Shown in pieces: positions 1 through 12,500 of a stretch of 22,384 nt of DNA. Position 1 is the first letter of the stretch; each line of letters begins with the position of its first letter. The notes beneath the pieces were generated by a model. It had not been told where the DNA came from. It did not search any database and was given only the letters and a program-made list of their open reading frames with translations. Origin of the DNA: Macrostomum lignano (taxonomy: Eukaryota). The stretch covers positions 1-22,384 of the forward strand of contig NIVC01003916.1 of the NCBI GenBank assembly GCA_002269645.1, read 5' to 3'. The position numbers and the translations under genes are program-made.

Positions 1-1068
1 AGTTTTTCATTAGCTATTATAAAAAAATTTACGCATTCTTCGTATTTATTGCTTTTAATTAATATGAAAGACAAGGTTCCGTAGGTTTTGTGAATTTTGT
101 TGCTAACCATTTTTAAAAACGCAGACTCAACTATTAGTAGTTTTTATTAGAGTAGTATTTGTAGTTTTAGCTATAGCTAGTGTTGTCATAACTTGCGTGA
201 AGAAATTATTATAATATCAAAATAAAACAAAATATCAATATATTTCAACGTTTTTTAATTATTCAACGTAGATGCTTTAAGTGCAGGACACGATCTTTAA
301 TAAATATGATAGCTTTAAATTGAATGACCCAAATAAATTCGCTTCTATACGAGAGCTTCTTTTCTCCATAATGCTTTCTCTGCTGCGATGTGCAACACTT
401 GTATCAACACTTCTCTGTGAAAAGCCATTTGATTGTGACGAGCAACGTGTATTTTTATTATCAACAATAAAGCTATCAGTTTTTTAATGAACCAAGACCA
501 ATTTCAAAGATATGTATGCTGGTTGAGTTTTGGAGGTTATTTGTGTCAGTTTGAAGAGCTAAACCTCTTACGCTCGTAAAAAAATACAATTCTCGCTACG
601 GTTGCCCCGAATGTTATTAACAGATGGATGCTGGTAAAACTAACCAGTTCCTCCAGCTCATCCAGTTCCTCCGGACAACAGGACGTGCCACACTCTTTTC
701 TCCAGAGGACCACACTGTAGGACAGACTGGGGGACCACCCTGACCGACTTCGTACCTTTGCCTGTCTGCGGGTCTTCAGGGGCTAGCGGAATGGATGACA
801 CTTGCCTCCCCGTTGTGTCCAATGACCAACCTGCAGCTACTCGAAAGTCAAGAAAGCGGGTAAAGTACGAGTATTTCTCAACTGAGTTCACTAGGCACGA
901 ATGGTCAGGCATTTATAACCTCATTCACCATGCAGTAGGAGCGCCAGTTATTATTTTCTGTCGTTGGTCAGCTACTTTCAGTCTCCATACTGAATTTCGA
1001 AACTGAGTTAAAGCAAATTCTAATATTTAGGTTACTATCATTATAAATTTTTTAACCAAATACTGGAA

Positions 1069-1670
<602 letters not shown>

Positions 1671-1782
1671 TACTAACATGCACCGGCTATCTTGTAAATA
1701 GCGAGAAACTAAAGTTGCTGATGAAAGAGAGTCCTGTGCACGCGGCTGCAAATAGTGGCATATATCCTCCCATAATCCACCA

Positions 1783-1960
1783 GGTTTAGATCCACATGTG
1801 GGAGTAGATCCTCATGTGGGATTAGATTCATGCGGGATTAGATCCTCATGTATTAGATTCTCATGTGGGAGTAGATCCTCAGGTGGGTTTAGACCTCAGG
1901 TGGGAGTAGATCCTCAGGTGGGAGTAGATCCTCAGGTGTAGATCCTCATGCGGGAGTAGA
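1783..1960. repeat. 18-bp minisatellite, consensus GTGGGAGTAGATCCTCA(G/T), ~10 copies
   Basis: Repeated GTGGGAGTAGATCCTCAG/T units, several with small deletions. Confidence 0.92.
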
Positions 1961-2215
1961 TATATAGTGTGTAAAAAACTTCAAATTTTTATGTGCGCAG
2001 ATCTTTTAGTAAGCATATGGCTAAACTCAAATATGTGTCACCGTTTCTCTAAATTAATGACGCAAAGTGTTGCAGATGCTGTGCGATTCTAGTGACTCAA
2101 CTTGCACAAAGTGAAGAAGAGATTTGAGAACACACGTGCTGACATCTGCATGACGTCTCATTGACAGGAGAGTACGAATTTGATACTGCCACTAGCACAG
2201 ATAGGCAATGCAAAT

Positions 2216-2495
2216 GTACAGCACTAGATATGAATCTCTGTGCATTGGGGACGGCTAAGCACTGCAGAGATATGAGCTCTATTCTGTGCATTTAAGCACT
2301 GCAAGCTGTGCATTGACGGCTAAGCACTGCAAGATATGAGCTCTATTTGTGCATTGATAAGCACTGCAGAGATATGAGCTCTAGTGCATTGTAAGCACTG
2401 CAGAGATATGAGCATCTCTGTGCATTATAAGCACTGTGTTTGTTGCACTTAGATTCACTGCGGAGAGCATCTCTGTGCATTAAATTGCAGAGATA
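2216..2495. repeat. Degenerate ~35-45-bp tandem repeat (TAAGCACTGCAGAGATATGAGCTCT...GTGCATT), ~6-7 copies
   Basis: AAGCACTGCA, GATATGAGC and GTGCATT cores recur with many indels. Confidence 0.85.
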
Positions 2496-2527
2496 AGATT
2501 ATTTCAACTTTGTTGCTTATTTACACT

Positions 2528-2568
2528 AACTAGATTGAAGGTGTGCCACCTTAGCAGGTCGAAGTGCA
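2528..2568 (-). other. Element 3' terminus: subterminal inverted repeat, stem-loop and TCTAGTT end
   Basis: Plus strand AACTAGATTG AAGGTG TGC CACCTT AGC AGGTCGAAGTGCA. Confidence 0.72.
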
Positions 2569-3551
2569 TTAATTGCTCAATATTTCGAAATTATTTTTGA
2601 TTTCTTTGAGTACAGTTTTGCAACACATAAAACCCTAAAAATGTTAAACTATTGTAAACTACTTAGATGCTACGTATTTTAGTTACATATGTCCTATGTG
2701 ACTAATTAATTATAATTTACCATTCATTAATTTTTTAATCACAAAGTTCTATTAAATAGACTCAAAAAATCAAACTGAGACACATGAATTAACATCATAT
2801 ACTAAGGTCCAAGAAATAATACTCATAATAAATATCTTGGACATTTGGACTTACGAAAAATAATCTTGCAATTAACAACGAAATTAGTTAAAAAAAATTT
2901 TCGCCGCTCCGATTCTGTTCACTGTAATTTGAAATGAGATTTTCCTAGAAATTCAGCATTTCAAATGTACAGTTTAACGCCCACAGGTACGTGAAACCAC
3001 CGGATGCGACTTTGCAGTGAAATGCTTTGCCATTTGATACAAGTTACCCAACATTAGGTAGCCTGATCATTTAGCTAAATCCATAATTAGGCACAGCAGC
3101 TTTCAAAACTCCGAAAAAACGAATTAATCAATAAATATGTAAACTATTATATGAGAAAAATACTGCCGTGTCTAAAACAAAAAGCGTCGAGCATTTAACT
3201 AACCTCACACAGTGCAATGAGAATTAAAAACAAAGATATTTTTATGGAAACTTTACACCATTTTTTACACTGTAAATTTTTTTACACTGTGAAAGGTTAA
3301 TCAATGCTACTCACACTTTTAGGGACTTTCACTGCACATTTTGTGGGCGGTGCTGCGCGCAATAATAGTTTCGCAAATTTGTATCAAAACCGCCAAACGG
3401 CAAACATGCGCGCAGTACCCACTCAATAGAGTGTTCGTTTTTGGAAAGAATATTTAAATTGTAACTCGAGCAGACATTAGCTTTTTAAGTGCTTTGCTTA
3501 TGAGAATTCAGCAGCCACTGCAACGCAAATTACGCAATTTATCGTAAATAA

Positions 3552-6500
3552 TTGGATGGTTGTTGACTGGACGTATGGTTGTGACTGGATTGTTGCTGAC
3601 TGGATGGTTGCTGACTGGATGGACGGTTGCTGACTGGATGGTTGCTGACTGGACGTATGGTTGTGACTGGATTGTTGCTGACTGGAATGGTTGCTGACTG
3701 GACGGATGGTTGCTGACTGGATGGTTGCTGACTGGACGTATGGTTGTGACTGGATTGTTGCTGACTGGATGGTTGCTAACTGGATGGACGGTTGCTCACT
3801 GGATGGCTGCTGACTCGATGGCTGCTGACTAGATGGCTGCTGACTGGATGGTTGCTGACTGGATGTATGGTTGTGACTGGATTGTTGCTGACTGGATTGT
3901 TGCTGACTGGATGGACTGTTGTTGACTGGATGGTTGCTGACTGGATGGATGTTTGCTGACTGGATGGTTGCTGACTGGATGGTTGCTGACTGGATGGTCG
4001 CTGACTGGATGGTTGTTGACTGGATGGGTGCTGACTGGATGGATGGTTGCTGACTGGATGGATGTTTGCTGACTGGATGGCTGCTGACAGGATGGCTGCT
4101 GACTGGATGGTTGCTGACTGGACGGTTGCTGACTCGATGGATGGTTGCTGACTAGATGGTTGCTGCCTGGATGGTTTCCGACTGGATGGATGTTTGCTGA
4201 CTGGATGGTTGCTGACTGGACGGATGGTTGTGACTGGATTGTTGCTGACTGGATGGACGGTTGCTGACTGGATGGTTGCTGACTGGATGGTTGCTGACTG
4301 GATTGTTCCTGACTGGATTGTTGCTGACTGGACGGACGGTTGCTGACTGGATGGTTGCTGACTGGATGTATGGTTGTGACTGGATTGTTGCTGACTGGAT
4401 TGTTGCTGACTGGATGGACGGTTGCTGACTGGATGGTTGCTGACTGGATGTATGGTTGTGACTGGATTGTTGCTGACTGGATGGATGGTTGCTGACTGGA
4501 TGGACTGTTGTTGACTGGATGGTTGCTGACTGGATGGATGTTTGCTGACTGGATGGTTGCTGACTGGATGGTTGCTGACTGGATGGTTGCTGACTGGATG
4601 GTCGCTGACTGGATGGTTGTTGACTGGATGGTTGCTGACTGGATGGACGGTTGTTGACTGGATGGTTGCTGACTGGATGGATGATTGCTGACTGGATGGT
4701 TGCTGACTGGACGGTTGCTGACTGGATGGATGGTTGCTGACTGGATAGTTGCTGACTGGATGGACGGTTGCTGACTGGATTGTTGCTGACTGGATTGTTG
4801 CTGACTGGATGGACGGTTGCTGACTGGATGGTTGCTGACTGGATGTATGGTTGTGACTGGATTGTTGCTGACTGGATTGTTGCTGACTGGATTGTTGCTG
4901 ACTGGATGATTGGTTGCTGACTTGATGGACTGTTGTTGACTGGATGGTTGCTGACTGGATGGATGTTTGCTGACTGGATGGTTGCTGACTGGATGGTTGC
5001 TGACTGGATGGTCGCTGACTGGATGGTTGTTGACTGGATGGGTGCTGACTGGATGGACGGTTGCTGACTGGATGGCTGCTGACTGGATGGCTGCTGACAG
5101 GATGGCTGCTGACTGGATGGTTGCTGACTGGACGGATGGTTGCTGACTGGATGGTTGCTAACTGGATGGACGGTTGCTCACTGGATGGCTGCTGACTCGA
5201 TGGCTGCTGACTAGATGGCTGCTGACTGGATGGTTGCTGACTGGATGTATGGTTGTGACTGGATTGTTGCTGACTGGATTGTTGCTGACTGGATGGACTG
5301 TTGTTGACTGGATGGTTGCTGACTGGATGGATGTTTGCTGACTGGATGGTTGCTGACTGGATGGTTGCTGACTGGATGGTCGCTGACTGGATGGTTGTTG
5401 ACTGGATGGGTGCTGACTGGATGGATGGTTGCTGACTGGATGAATGTTTGCTGACTGGATGGCTGCTGACAGGATGGCTGCTGACAGGATGGTTGCTGAC
5501 TGGACGGTTGCTGACTCGATGGATGGTTGCTGACTAGATGGTTGCTGCCTGGATGGTTTCCGACTGGATGGATGTTTGCTGACTGGATGGTTGCTGACTG
5601 GATGGTTGTGACTGGATTGTTGCTGACTGGATGGACGGTTGCTGACTGGATGGTTGCTGACTGGATGGTTGCTGACTGGATTGTTCCTGACTGGATTGTT
5701 GCTGACTGGATGGACGGTTGCTGACTGGATGGTTGCTGACTGGATGTATGGTTGTGACTGGATTGTTGCTGACTGGATTGTTGCTGACTGGATGGACGGT
5801 TGCTGACTGGATGGTTGCTGACTGGATGTATGGTTGTGACTGGATTGTTGCTGACTGGATGGATGGTTGCTGACTGGATGGACTGTTGTTGACTGGATGG
5901 TTGCTGACTGGATGGATGTTTGCTGACTGGATGGTTGCTGACTGGATGGTTGCTGACTGGATGGTTGCTGACTGGATGGTCGCTGACTGGATGGTTGTTG
6001 ACTGGATGGTTGCTGACTGGATGGACGGTTGTTGACTGGATGGTTGCTGACTGGATGGATGATTGCTGACTGGATGGTTGCTGACTGGACGGTTGCTGAC
6101 TGGATGGATGGTTGCTGACTGGATAGTTGCTGACTGGATGGACGGTTGCTGACTGGATTGTTGCTGACTGGATTGTTGCTGACTGGATGGACGGTTGCTG
6201 ACTGGATGGTTGCTGACTGGATGTATGGTTGTGACTGGATTGTTGCTGACTGGATTGTTGCTGACTGGATTGTTGCTGACTGGATGATTGGTTGCTGACT
6301 TGATGGACTGTTGTTGACTGGATGGTTGCTGACTGGATGGATGTTTGCTGACTGGATGGTTGCTGACTGGATGGATGTTTGCTGACTGGATGGTTGCTGA
6401 CTGGATGGTTGCTGACTGGATGGTTGCTGACTGGATGGTTGCTGACTGGATGGGTGCTGACTGGATGGATGGTTGCTGACTGGATGAATGTTTGCTGACT

Positions 6501-9500
6501 GGATGGCTGCTGACAGGATGGCTGCTGACTGGATGGTTGCTGACTGGACGGTTGCTGACTGATGGATGGTTGCTGACTGATGGTTGCTGCTGGATGGTTT
6601 CCGACTGGATGGATGTTTGCTGACTGGATGGTTGCTGACTGGACGGATGGTTGTGACTGGATTGTTGCTGACTGGATGGACGGTTGCTGACTGGATGGTT
6701 GCTGACTGGATGGTTGCTGACTGGATTGTTCCTGACTGGATTGTTGCTGACTGGATGGACGGTTGCTGACTGGATGGTTGCTGACTGGATGTATGGTTGT
6801 GACTGGATTGTTGCTGACTGGATTGTTGCTGACTGGATGGACGGTTGCTGACTGGATGGTTGCTGACTGGATGTATGGTTGTGACTGGATTGTTGCTGAC
6901 TGGATGGATGGTTGCTGACTGGATGGACTGTTGTTGACTGGATGGTTGCTGACTGGATGGTTGCTGACTGGATGGTTGCTGACTGGATGGTTGCTGACTG
7001 GATGGTTGCTGACTGGATGGTTGCTGACTGGATGGTTGTTGACTGGATGGTTGCTGACTGGATGGACGGTTGCTGACTGGATGGTTGCTGACTGGATGGA
7101 TGATTGCTGACTGGATGGTTGCTGACTGGATGGTTGCTGACTGGATGGATGGTTGCTGACTGGATGTTGCTGACTGGATGGACGGTTGCTGACTGGATTG
7201 TTGCTGACTGGATTGTTGCTGACTGGATGGACGGTTGCTGACTGGATGGTTGCTGACTGGATGTATGGTTGTGACTGGATTGTTGCTGACTGGATTGTTG
7301 CTGACTGGATGGTTGCTGACTGGATGGACTGTTGTTGACTGGATGGTTGCTGACTGGATGGATGTTGCTGACTGGATGGTTGCTGACTGGATGGTTGCTG
7401 ACTGGATGGTCGCTGACTGGATGGTTGTTGACTGGATGGTGCTGACTGGATGGACGGTTGCTGACTGGATGGCTGCTGACTGGATGGCTGCTGACTGGAT
7501 GGCTGCTGACTGGATGGTTGCTGACTGGACGGATGGTTGCTGACTGGATGGTTGCTGACTGGATGTATGGTTGTGACTGGATTGTTGCTGACTGGATGGA
7601 TGGTTGCTGACTGGATGGACTGTTGTTGACTGGATGGTTGCTGACTGGATGGATGTTTGCTGACTGGATGGACTGACTGGATGGTTGCTGACTGGATGGT
7701 CGCTGACTGGATGGTTGTTGACTGGACGGTTGCTGACTGGATGGATGGTTGCTGACTGGATAGTTGCTGACTGGATGGACGGTTGCTGACTGGATTGTTG
7801 CTGACTGGATTGTTGCTGACTGGATGGACGGTTGCTGACTGGATGGTTGCTGACTGGATGTATGGTTGTGACTGGATTGTTGCTGACTGGATTGTTGCTG
7901 ACTGGATTGTTGCTGACTGGATGATTGGTTGCTGACTTGATGGACTGTTGTTGACTGGATGGTTGCTGACTGGATGGATGTTTGCTGACTGGATGGTTGC
8001 TGACTGGATGGTTGCTGACTGGATGGTCGCTGACTGGATGGTTGTTGACTGGATGGGTGCTGACTGGATGGACGGTTGCTGACTGGATGGCTGCTGACTG
8101 GATGGCTGCTGACAGGATGGCTGCTGACTGGATGGTTGCTGACTGGACGGATGGTTGCTGACTGGATGGTTGCTGACTGGATGTATGGTTGTGACTGGAT
8201 TGTTGCTGACTGGATGGATGGTTGCTGACTGGATGGACTGTTGTTGACTGGATGGTTGCTGACTGGATGGATGTTTGCTGACTGGATGGACTGTTGTTGA
8301 CTGGATGGTTGCTGACTGGATGGTTGCTGACTGGATGGTCGCTGACTGGATGGTTGTTGACTGGATGGGTGCTGACTGGATGGACGGTTGCTGACTGGAT
8401 GGCTGCTGACTGGATGGCTGCTGACAGGATGGCTGCTGACTGGATGGTTGCTGACTGGACGGATGGTTGCTGACTGGATGGTTGCTGACTGGATGGTTGC
8501 TGACTGGATTGTTGCTGACTGGATGGATGGTTGCTGGACGAATGGTTGCTGACTGGATGGTTGCTGACTGGATGGTTGCTGACTGGATGGTTGCTGAATG
8601 GATGGATGGTTGCTGACTGGATGGTTGCTGACTGGATGGTTGCTGACTGGACGTATGGTTGTGACTGGATGGTTGCCGACTGGATGGTCGCTGACTGGAC
8701 GGATGATTGCTGACTGGACGGATGGTTGCTGACTGGACGGATGGTTGCTGACTGGATGACTGCTGACTGGATGGTTGTGACTGGATGGTTGCTGACTGGA
8801 TGATTGCTGACTGGATTGTTGCTGACTGGATGGACGGTTGCTGACTGGATGGCTGCTGACTGGACGGATGCTGACTGGATGGTTGCTGACTGGATGGTTG
8901 CTGACTGGATGGATGCTGACTGGACGAATGGTTGCTGACTGGATGGATGTTTGCTGACTGGATGGTTGCTGACTGGATTGTTGCTGACTGGATGGATGGT
9001 TGCTGGACGAATGGTTGCTGACTGGATGGTTGCTGACTGGATGGTTGCTGACTGGATGGTTGCTGAATGGATGGATGGTTGCTGACTGGATGGTTGCTGA
9101 CTGGATGGTTGCTGACTGGACGTATGGTTGTGACTGGATGGTTGCCGACTGGATGGTCGCTGACTGGACGGATGATTGCTGACTGGACGGATGGTTGCTG
9201 ACTGGACGGATGGTTGCTGACTGGATGACTGCTGACTGGATGGTTGTGACTGGATGGTTGCTGACTGGATGATTGCTGACTGGATTGTTGCTGACTGGAT
9301 GGACGGTTGCTGACTGGATGGCTGCTGACTGGACGGATGCTGACTGGATGGTTGCTGACTGGATGGTTGCTGACTGGATGGATGCTGACTGGACGAATGG
9401 TTGCTGACTGGATGGATGTTTGCTGACTGGATGGTTGCTGACTGGATGGTTGCTGACTGGATTGTTGCTGACTGACGGCTGCTGACTGGACGGATGCTGA

Positions 9501-9536
9501 CTGGATGGATAGTTGCTGACTAAATAGTTGCCGACT
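3552..9536. repeat. ~6-kb satellite, 15-bp monomer GACTGGATGGTTGCT with 14- and 19-bp variants and higher-order repeats
   Basis: Continuous array, strongly G+T-rich on the plus strand. Diagnostic variants recur at ~1378-1382-bp spacing, and a 469-bp block is duplicated at the right end. Confidence 0.99.
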
Positions 9537-9549
9537 TTAGAATAGCAAG

Positions 9550-12500
9550 TTAGCGGCTATCAGAATTCGCGGATGAGCACATTCTCAGCAAACGCTTTTG
9601 CTCATGCAACTGCGTCTGCACTTTTTGTGCAGAAAAAAGGCTCACGAAATTGTTGTAATCGCAACTTGATACTCGCAAATCTGCAAATGCACGAACTCTA
9701 CTCACCGCAGTATAAAATAATCCAGCTGGAATAGCTTTCCTGGCGCCTCCTTTGCTAAACGCCACGTACGCTTTTGGAATTGTAAGTCCTTGGCTCTTGT
9801 GAATCGTACTAGCCCAAGCCAATCGTAGTGGAAATTGTTGACGCGACAATTGGGCTCCTCCTTTAAACTTTTCATTCGTTACTGACAGAATTGGCACTAC
9901 ACGAATTGCACGATTATCTTGTACAATTGCCCCCATTGCTGGGCCAGAATAATTGTCAAATTCAACCCAAATACAATCTGGCCAATCCTTTGGTGATTGC
10001 CTTCCAGGAGCGTAGCAAATTCCTCGTACAGTTCCAACTGATCCATTCACAAGTCCATTGCGTACTGACAGATTTCTAGTTAGCATTACTCGAGCACCAA
10101 TACACAAATAGAGTCGCTTCTCCAGATTCGTATCCGATTTTTTATGTTCCTTCTTTTTGCCACACAATTTTGCTTCGTCTCCTTTACAAATTGCGTTAAT
10201 TTGCCGCACAGGATTCAATTCGGAAACCATCTTTCCCAATAGCATGTAGTTGCGATTTCTCACATCCTCGTTAGTGTGATATAAAAATGTACACCCGCTT
10301 TGGAAACCTTCAGGCAAAAGGTCGGGAGCATAGACGCGACAATTGTTCATCAACGAATTCCAGCAGGCTTCGTCGGCCTTGCCTTCGCGAAGTTTATCCA
10401 ACAACTGGGCGAATTCCGTATCGTTTGCTTGTCGGACTTGTTCTGTCAGATGCACAACCTTTTTGAACTCCATGTACAATTTATAGCCTTCAGATTTCAA
10501 TATATCGTGCTTCTTTTGATTTGGATTGTAAACGTACAGTTGCGTGTCCAAAACTGGAGGCAATTGAAACACGTCGCCAATTAGGATTACAGATCGACCA
10601 CCAAAACTCTGTTTACTGTGTTCTGGAAACAATTCGCGCAAACGAGCATCCACCTTACGGAGTAACCTTTGGCCAAGCATGCTAAATTCGTCAATAAAAA
10701 TGTAGCGCACATCTTTCCACTGCTCTTGCATCTCCATTAGGGATTTCTTGCCAACACCAGCACTAAAATTTACATTCAATTTCAAAGCCGAGTGCAAAGT
10801 TTCGCCTGCAATATTGAAAGCGGCTACGCCTGTTGATGCCATAATTCTGCATCTTGATTCTCCAATCAACCGACGCAATGTAGAAATCAAGTAGCTTTTT
10901 CCAGTTCCAGCGCTACCATACAAAATTGCTTTGAGAGGCTCCGGCTTTTCGCCTTGGTTTTCTTCGGCTAGTCTTGAAAGCTGCAAATGACTTTCAATTA
11001 GGTTGTACATTTCTCGCTGCCGAACATTAAGCGATTCAACACTGTTTATCGGCATGTCAGCGACCTCTCTTGCGCCAAGTTTTAGGTCGCTACTTAAAAA
11101 CGCCTTTGCTTCTCCAACCGTTGGAAACTGGCCGCCACTAGCTGCGCTCCAGTCAAAATTTTCTGGCGGCTTTGGCAATTGATCTTCTGGACAGGCCAAT
11201 AGATTTCTCTCGCGATGAAGTGCCCCCACTGCAACCATCCAATCTTCTTGCTCTTCGTGCTCATAAGTTGGCTGAGCAGCAGATTGCGCATTTGCGTTGG
11301 TCATTTCGGGTAGCTCCGCAACTGCTTCGACTTCTTCGTCAGCTTCGTCGTTGCGCAAATCGTCCAAATTGGGCAGCTGCAGCTCGCATCGATTCTCAGC
11401 AGGCATGGCTTCGTACGCTTGCTGCCAGCTTGTGTGCAAACCTTTGGCTTCTCGCTCATTTCGCCAACAACTGTACAACAAAACCTGCTGCCGATAATAG
11501 CCTTCGCGTCTTTCGTCTGATTGCTCATTCGGTCGAAAAAATGGACTGATTAGCAAAACTACTTGTTTCGGCCTTTTTGTGCACCTCCCATTAGGGCTGA
11601 GACAGTAGTCGGAAAAGAAACGAAACATTGTTACATTTTCCAAATTCTTTGCACGCTTTGAATACTTGTCGCAACTATTCCTGCAAACACCCTTTTCCTC
11701 CACTGCGCGGGTTTCGCCAGTCTGAACAAAAACAAATTCTCGCGAACCCTTGTACATTGACGTCTGCAATAGCAAATGCATTGCCTCTTGCGCCGAATAA
11801 TCACGCGCTCCAACTTGCGCCATCAAGTGTTGTTGTACAACACGCCTTGCAGTGTTGCTACGCTGAAAATTGTTATCGGCATTCTGTTCTGCATTATCTT
11901 CCAACTCCTTATGAAGACGCTTTGTCAGCTCCGCCATATAATCCGACTCCTTTTCGCTTTTTGTCGCATACTTGATCAAATAGCGAATCAAATTCTTCAC
12001 GGACGAAATCATTTGAACATCGACATTGGCTCTCCACATGCACAGCAACTGCGGACTGTGAGAAATCATTCGCTCGTCGTTGCGCTGCGTCTCAACTTGC
12101 CAATTTAAACGGGATACTCGCTTTGCAACAGTCTTTTCCTGCGGCTCGCGCGGATACTTGAATCGGCACTCTTGTTTGCCTTTTACTGTTCGCAAGCACT
12201 TTTTACTGCAAATAGTGTGCCTCTCTGTCAAATGCGAAATTAACTGCAAATCTTGCTTGTCATTTTCAATCTCTTCCGGTTTCAGTTGAGCTGGATGACC
12301 TTGACCTGCTAAACTGCCATTCAAAACTTGATTTCCATAATCCGATTCGTCCATGGCCAAATTCCAACTACAGATGTACTTGTCAACAAAGCTCGTCAAT
12401 TCTTCTGCATTCAATGTATTCGATGTCACATCAACACCATCTGGCATCCAAATGCAACCGTGAACGTGTGGACTTCCGCGACTCTGATATTCTATGCGAA

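Noticed and set aside
2216-2495. CRISPR-like appearance of the ~40-bp repeats (and of the 14-bp array at 16417)
   Set aside because: No unique spacers of constant length, no cas genes, and a eukaryotic context.
2529-2552. Reading hairpin + CTAG|T as a canonical Helitron 3' end for the RepHel element
   Set aside because: Possible in isolation, but the adjacent 13-bp subTIR with a TT-preceded partner and the Helentron-type Rep motifs fit HLE2 better.
6550-7450. Single-base deletions in satellite monomers (GACTGATGG, GATGTTGCTG)
   Set aside because: Cannot be told apart from long-read consensus errors, so not treated as biology.
5527-9182. Short ORFs of WMVAD/LLTGW repeats
   Set aside because: Translations of the satellite, broken by 14- and 19-bp variants.
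3552-9549. Nearly stop-free sense strand of the satellite as a read-through extension of RepHel
   Set aside because: A compositional effect of the C/A-rich strand. A second in-frame TAG follows ten codons after the TAA, and monomer length variants shift frame constantly.
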